NCBI RefSeq assembly: GCF_009914755.1
Contig: NC_060947.1
DNA: 64,000 nt
Direction: 5' to 3' (one strand)
Source of the DNA: the human T2T-CHM13v2.0 reference genome, Homo sapiens
Made by a program: the position numbers and the translations under genes. Shown here one piece after another: positions 58,256 to 64,000 of this stretch; position 1 is the first letter of the stretch, and each line of letters begins with the position of its first letter. A model generated the notes under the pieces. That model did not search any database, was not told the origin of the DNA, and saw only the letters and a program-made list of their open reading frames with translations.

Positions 58256-59198
58256 CAGTGGTTCTCAAAGAGGTGTGGGTAACTGTGTGTGTGTGGGGGG
58301 GTGTTGTGCCCCCGAGGGGACATTCCACAAAATCTGAAGACAGTTTGGTTGTCATAACTTGGGATATACTACTGGTATCTAATGGGGAGAGGCCAGAGAC
58401 GCTGCTACACATCCTGCAATGCACAGTGAAACCACCTTTGCAAAAGCTATAACTGCGTGAACTGTAAGAGTGAAAGAGATCTGACCTAAGTGACTCCATC
58501 TTGCTTTTAACTTTCAAGCTGTTCTTGTTCATTCCTGAACATAGGCCAAACTGACTTTGGGAGGAACTTAGTTTATAGTTTAACTTTGAAACAAAGACGG
58601 TAACAGCCTTTTTCCAAAACAAACCTCCTTCCTGCCTGGGGACTAGACTGCCTTAGCAGGAGTAACAAATTAGCCACAGGATTAAAAATTATGGTTTTAA
58701 GAGTCGCTGTTGTAAAAGTTGAGATCGGTGCTTGAGATATTTTGCAGACGCTGCATTCCAATGCATCAGCTGACGCCACCCAGATTGATAAACTGTCTCA
58801 TCTGGCTTTGTGGCTGCCACTCAGGAACCGACTCAGCACCAAGAGGACAGCTTCCACTCCCTATGATTTCATCTCTGACCTGACCAATCAGCACTCCCCA
58901 CTTTCTGACCCCCTACCCACCAAATTATCCTTAAAAACCCCGATCCCTGAATTTTTGGAAGACTGATTTGACTAATAATAAAACTCCGGTCTCCCGTACC
59001 ACTCTGGTCTCCCATGCAGCCAACTCTGCGTGAATTAAACTCTTTGTCTATTACAATTTCCCTGTCTTGGTAACTTGGCTCTGTCTAGACAGTGGGCAAG
59101 GAGAACCCATTGGGCAGTTACAGCAGGACATACCCCCAGGCCCCCAACGAAGAATTATCTGTCCCCAAATGTCAATAGTGCCAAGGGTGAGAAACTCA
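58256..59198 (+). mobile_element. MER20 hAT MITE, split by LTR8
   Basis: CAGTGGTTCTCAA...TTTGGTTGTCATAACT...GAGGCCAGAGACGCTGCTA; resumes AAGAATTATCTG...CAAATGTCAATAGTGCCAAGG. Confidence 0.9.
58427..59122 (+). mobile_element. LTR8 (HUERS-P1) ERV1 solo LTR
   Basis: TGAAACCACCTTTGCAAAA...GGGCAGTTACA; 696 bp; TSD ACAG/GCAG. Confidence 0.92.
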
Positions 59199-59711
59199 GG
59201 ATTATAGTATCATTGATATCATATAATTGAAAATGTTAATTACTGTTTATTGTGGGCAATGTCATTGAGACAGGTCCCATTCTCCTGATCTCTGTGAAGT
59301 GTGATGCCACTGCCCTCTGAAACAGCCCTGAGGAGAAGGTTCCGGAACTCCATAGGGAAATCAAAGACTTCAGCCTTGTAACTTATTTATCCTACAAAGA
59401 TGATATCCCACGTGGCCCCAGGGTATATACACATCATGGAGCTATAAAATGAAAGTTAATTCCTCCCTGTCCAGCACTGTGGTATCCACAGGCTGGTCTG
59501 CATGGCAGACACAAGCAGGTAAGAAATTAGAACATTATTCACAACATAAGAAGAACATGATCTATACAGGAAAGAAAGAAAACACATTGTTCTTACAACT
59601 TTTCTCTGTAATAAAATACAGAAAAATAAACCAATAATTATTAATAATTTTATCATTAAGTTAATAATTTTATCATCAGTGCATCTCTTCATATTAAGGC
59701 TTATTTACTGA

Positions 59712-60098
<387 letters not shown>

Positions 60099-61104
60099 TA
60101 AATAATATTCTAATAGTGGTAAAACAACTACTTTTAAAACAGGCACCGTCTTGAGCAAAAATCAGATCCTCCATTTGAAAAGCCTTGTCACAGTCTTTCT
60201 TGAAGACAGCAAACACATAAATCAGCAACAGATTCTTACATATTATCCTTATTATCCTGCGGAGAGAATACATGTTCAAACAGCCTTAATTATACTTACA
60301 CATTGCCTTAGAAAATACTGTAGGGAAAACCTTGAGTAATTATCCAAGCGGTTTGCTGCTGGAAGTTTCACTCCTCAAAAAACTATGCTTGGCCTCTCCC
60401 TAGTTGCAGGAAAAAGCCACAATTAGGAGATGTCATGCTGAACACATTCTCTGACGATCTGGTGGTCACACTAGAAAGGGGTTCATTTTAGTTCCTCTGC
60501 AATATGCTTACCAGATTGATTTGGACCTACCCCTTCAGCAGGATACTTTTCAGCAGTGGCCATCCAAAATAAATGGAAAAACCATATTTGAGGTCAGGGA
60601 CACATGCTTACCTGGGTTCACTCACACTGAAAATGTCAGGAAGTGAAATTCACATCTTTCTTCATCTAGGGGACTGGCCAAGCTTTCCTGATAATAATAT
60701 GCACTTCTGGGAGGCCACTGAGGCCAGGACTTCATATGTTTGTGGTTGGAAAACTATTGCTACAATCGAAAGCTATGTGTTGGGAAGAAATTAACAAATA
60801 CACATGAGCGTGGGTGTGTTTCTCAGCAGGGAAACCGACTCTGTGCTGAAATTCTTGTGTGGAAACATCTGTTTCTAACCATTCTGAGATAGGAAGAATG
60901 TGGACACCGAGCATGTGGTTCCCTTGGAAAATGCTTGCCTCACAGTCTTGACCTAAGAGATGGCATCTGGACTGGGGAGGAAACAGAAGTGATCCTGGAA
61001 TCACATCCTCTTAAAAACAAAACAAAACAAAACCCACATCCTTATGCTTTTTTGAAGGGTTTCTTCACAACATAAAAATTATCCAAATTTCTCCTCAGTG
61101 TTTA

Positions 61105-61325
61105 TTTTTTTAACCCCTTACCCAATTTCCCCATGGTTAACATCTTACGTGACTTGAGTACCTTTGTCAAAATTAAGAAACTGTCATTGGTGCACTACAA
61201 TTAACTAAATCCCAGACTTTATTTGAATGTCACCAGTTTTTCCACTAATGTCATTTTTCTGTTCCAGGATCCCACCCAGGACACCACATTGCATTTAGTC
61301 GCCATTTTTCTTTGTCTCCTTCTTA
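61105..61325 (-). mobile_element. L1MC-type 3' UTR fragment
   Basis: CACCAGTTTTTCCACTAATGTCATTTTTCTGTTCCAGGATCC...CACCACATTGCATTTAG. Confidence 0.75.
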
Positions 61326-62183
61326 GCTTTTGATGACCCTCCTCTCTTCATTTTCACAGAGACAGTAGCTTCACAACAATTTCTTAAGCAGCTTCCCTAA
61401 ACATACAGGAGCCAACTTTTCAATTGTATCCATATCTAAAAAAAAAAAAAAAAAAAAACAAAAAAAAAAACCCTGCAGAAAAATTGGAAAATTCAGCCAA
61501 AAGGCTCTCCTGGCTGCCGTTTTTTATCTACATAAAACCAATCATAATCCATTTAACAAATTTATTTTCCATGATGTTATTGGCTATTCTCCGTAACTCA
61601 ACATACAGCTGGGTCCATTTCATGGGTCAGAACAAGAGGTTATCAGGTAATACGAAGGACCAGAGTAGGAGAAGCAAGTTCTTAGGAACTAGCCTTCCAG
61701 ACTGGGAAAGAACAGAAATTTTGACTAGATCAAGCTTAAGTGGATGAGGGGACATTCAGATAGCTGGATGACCATATCCAGAGAGTTGGGCTACTGACCA
61801 TTTGGGAGACCCCAGGCATGTGGCATCAGAAAGTGGAGCAGACACTAGGAGCAAGGGAGTGGGCTGGTAGTGGTAGGAAGGTAGATGGATGGGCAGGTGG
61901 GTGTCTGAAAGGGCTAGGAGAAATGCAAAAGCCAGCAGGTGATGATAGGGAGGTTGCTAGAAAGGGCAGGAAGGACATCAGCTTGGGCCCACACTGCGTA
62001 CAAATCAGAGCCAGGGTCCTGGTGGACTTGTTATCTCATACACACAGTTCTAGCCTAGATTTCTCATGTTCTGAGTGGATTTGATGTTTTGGAATAAACT
62101 GGCAAAGAGTAGTGATCTCTAAACACTTTGCTGCTTAAATCCATGTGAATTTAAAAATTTTATGCCACGTTGCACCATTACAC

Positions 62184-62781
62184 AGTGGTTGACACCTTCT
62201 AAAATGGCCCCCACGATTCCCCGCTCCCAGTGTTCATGCCCTTGTGTAGTCCCCACTTTGAGTGTGGGCTGGACCTAGTAACTTGACATTGGCAAACAGA
62301 ATGTGGCACAAGTCATGGGATATTACTTTCAAGATTAAGTTCTAAAGAATGTTATTTCAGCTGTGCTTTCTCTCTGACTCTTCTCATTTGTTCTCTCTGG
62401 TGAAGCAGGCCATCATATTGGGAACTGCTCTACAGAAAGGCTCATGCAGCAAGAAACAGAGGGTGTCTTCTGGCCAATAGCTAGCTAGGAATGGAGCCCT
62501 CAGTCCAACAGGCTTTGAGGAAGCGAATCCTGCCCACAACCACTTGCATGAACTTGGAAGTGTCTTCTCCCCCAGCTTAGCCTTGAGATGATTATAGCCC
62601 CTGCTCAACACCTTGATTCCAGCCTTGATTCCGTACAGACCTTAAGAGACCTGAGCCAGAGGACCCAGCTAAGCCACTCCCAGATTCCTGTCCCATAGAA
62701 ACTGTGAGGTAATAAATATTGTTGTTTGAAGTTGTTATATTTTAGGATTATTTGTTATGCAGCAATAGGTGACTGATATAC
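62184..62781 (+). mobile_element. MLT1E-family MaLR LTR
   Basis: AAAATGGCCCCCACGATTCC...GTGGGCTGGACCTAGTAACTTG...TTTGTTATGCAGCAATAGGTGACTGATA. Confidence 0.85.
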
Positions 62782-64000
62782 ACACTAAAGTCATTCCACT
62801 CTTAGGTCAGTGGTATAATATTATGTCATCGAGTGCAGCAAAACACAGCTGTGAGGGCAAAGTGTTAAACTTGAACTCTAGTCCCTAATGGGTAGAGAGG
62901 CACCCTGAGGTAGGGGGAAAGCAACCAACCATGACACACAGAAGTGAAGGCTACTGAGAAATGAAAGAGAATCAACCTGTAGCATGGAAATGGGAAGTTC
63001 ATTATTTCCAGCAAGAAAACAAAACGATGCAAACTGGGCACGATAGGGGTGGGCAGAAGTAAGCAGAAGAACAAAGAGTGGTGGTAAGAATATCAGGTGG
63101 AGTTTCCACTGCAGTAGGGAAGGGGCACTGGAAAGAAAAAGATCTAGTGTTCTAGGAGCACTGGGGATTCATGGAATAAAATGGTGATTGTGGTTTCAGA
63201 TTAAACCAAACCATTTCCTATACAGCAGAGAAAGACACTCTCCTGTCTTCACTCCCCACTCCACCTCCGCCAGTTTCCTTTCCCTAAAGTGAGATTTTAG
63301 AAATACATACTTACAGGCAGTAAAACCAGGGAATTTGTAAAACTTTTAAGCTTGATTGTAGTCTAGACATAATATGTGTTATGTTTTTTTAAAATCAGGC
63401 TTGTATTAGGGTCAAATGATATGTGTAGTCCATAGATTAGGTATTCAAGGATAATACAAATGAAATATTCTAGGCAGTCATTACACTCATTAGACACTTG
63501 CCACTCAAAGTGTGCTCCATAGCTTTCTTCCTTAAATCTACACTCAACATACTTCACCAGCCAGGCTAGAGGATGCAACTCTATGATTATTTTAAGTTTA
63601 CTTCATAATCTTGCGATTTCACCTGAAGCAAAGATACCAGCTTTTCTCTCAACAGCCAAATCTCCCACACTCTCATTTTCGATAGTCACAGCAGGAGTTT
63701 GAGTTTCTCTTTCTAGAAGGATCTCTGGCTGGGACTTGCTGTTCCTGTACAGCTTTTAGAACCTCATGCATGCACTTCTATTTAAAAGTTGTCTGTCTAC
63801 AAATGCTTAAGAGAGCAGACAATCTGGTTTATCCTTCCCTTTTAGGTAGTTTGTGCTGGAAAGAAATTTCTATGTTTTTGTGACAAGAGGAGACAAGACC
63901 CTACAAAAAGAAGGCATGATAGAAGATAGGTTGGGAACAAGGTCAGTATTCAGCTCGTAAGCACCAGCATGTCTGACTGGATGATAAAATATTGAAGTAC

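Noticed and set aside
59641-59676. Direct repeat TTAATAATTTTATCAT with 20-bp period
   Set aside because: Ordinary AT-rich slippage duplication.
61438-61470. Isolated poly(A) run as the tail of a processed pseudogene
   Set aside because: No TSD, upstream poly(A) signal or recognisable coding sequence.

Overview
Primate (human-like) non-coding genomic DNA, either intergenic or deep intronic. I see no recognisable protein-coding exon, RNA gene or CpG island. Much of the window is transposon relic: about 18 Alu/FLAM copies, a 5'-truncated L1PA, old L1M/L2/MIR fragments, about 18 solo LTRs (MaLR, ERVL, ERV1) and DNA transposons (Tigger, Charlie, Arthur, MER5, MER20, MER33, MER58), several of them nested three deep. 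Family and subfamily names come from recalled consensus sequences and need RepeatMasker/Dfam confirmation. The ORFs I could place are by-products of Alu, L1, LTR or microsatellite sequence; one retains a hAT (Charlie1) transposase C-terminus. The standout observation is a ~153-bp insertion inside the L1PA (19331-19483). It is built from two inverted copies of non-L1 DNA from elsewhere in this window: 36121-36207 (83/87 identical) and 21596-21650 (55/55 identical), followed by short re-copied motifs at the junction. This is a fossil multi-template, locally templated insertion. I found no evidence for a new gene system.
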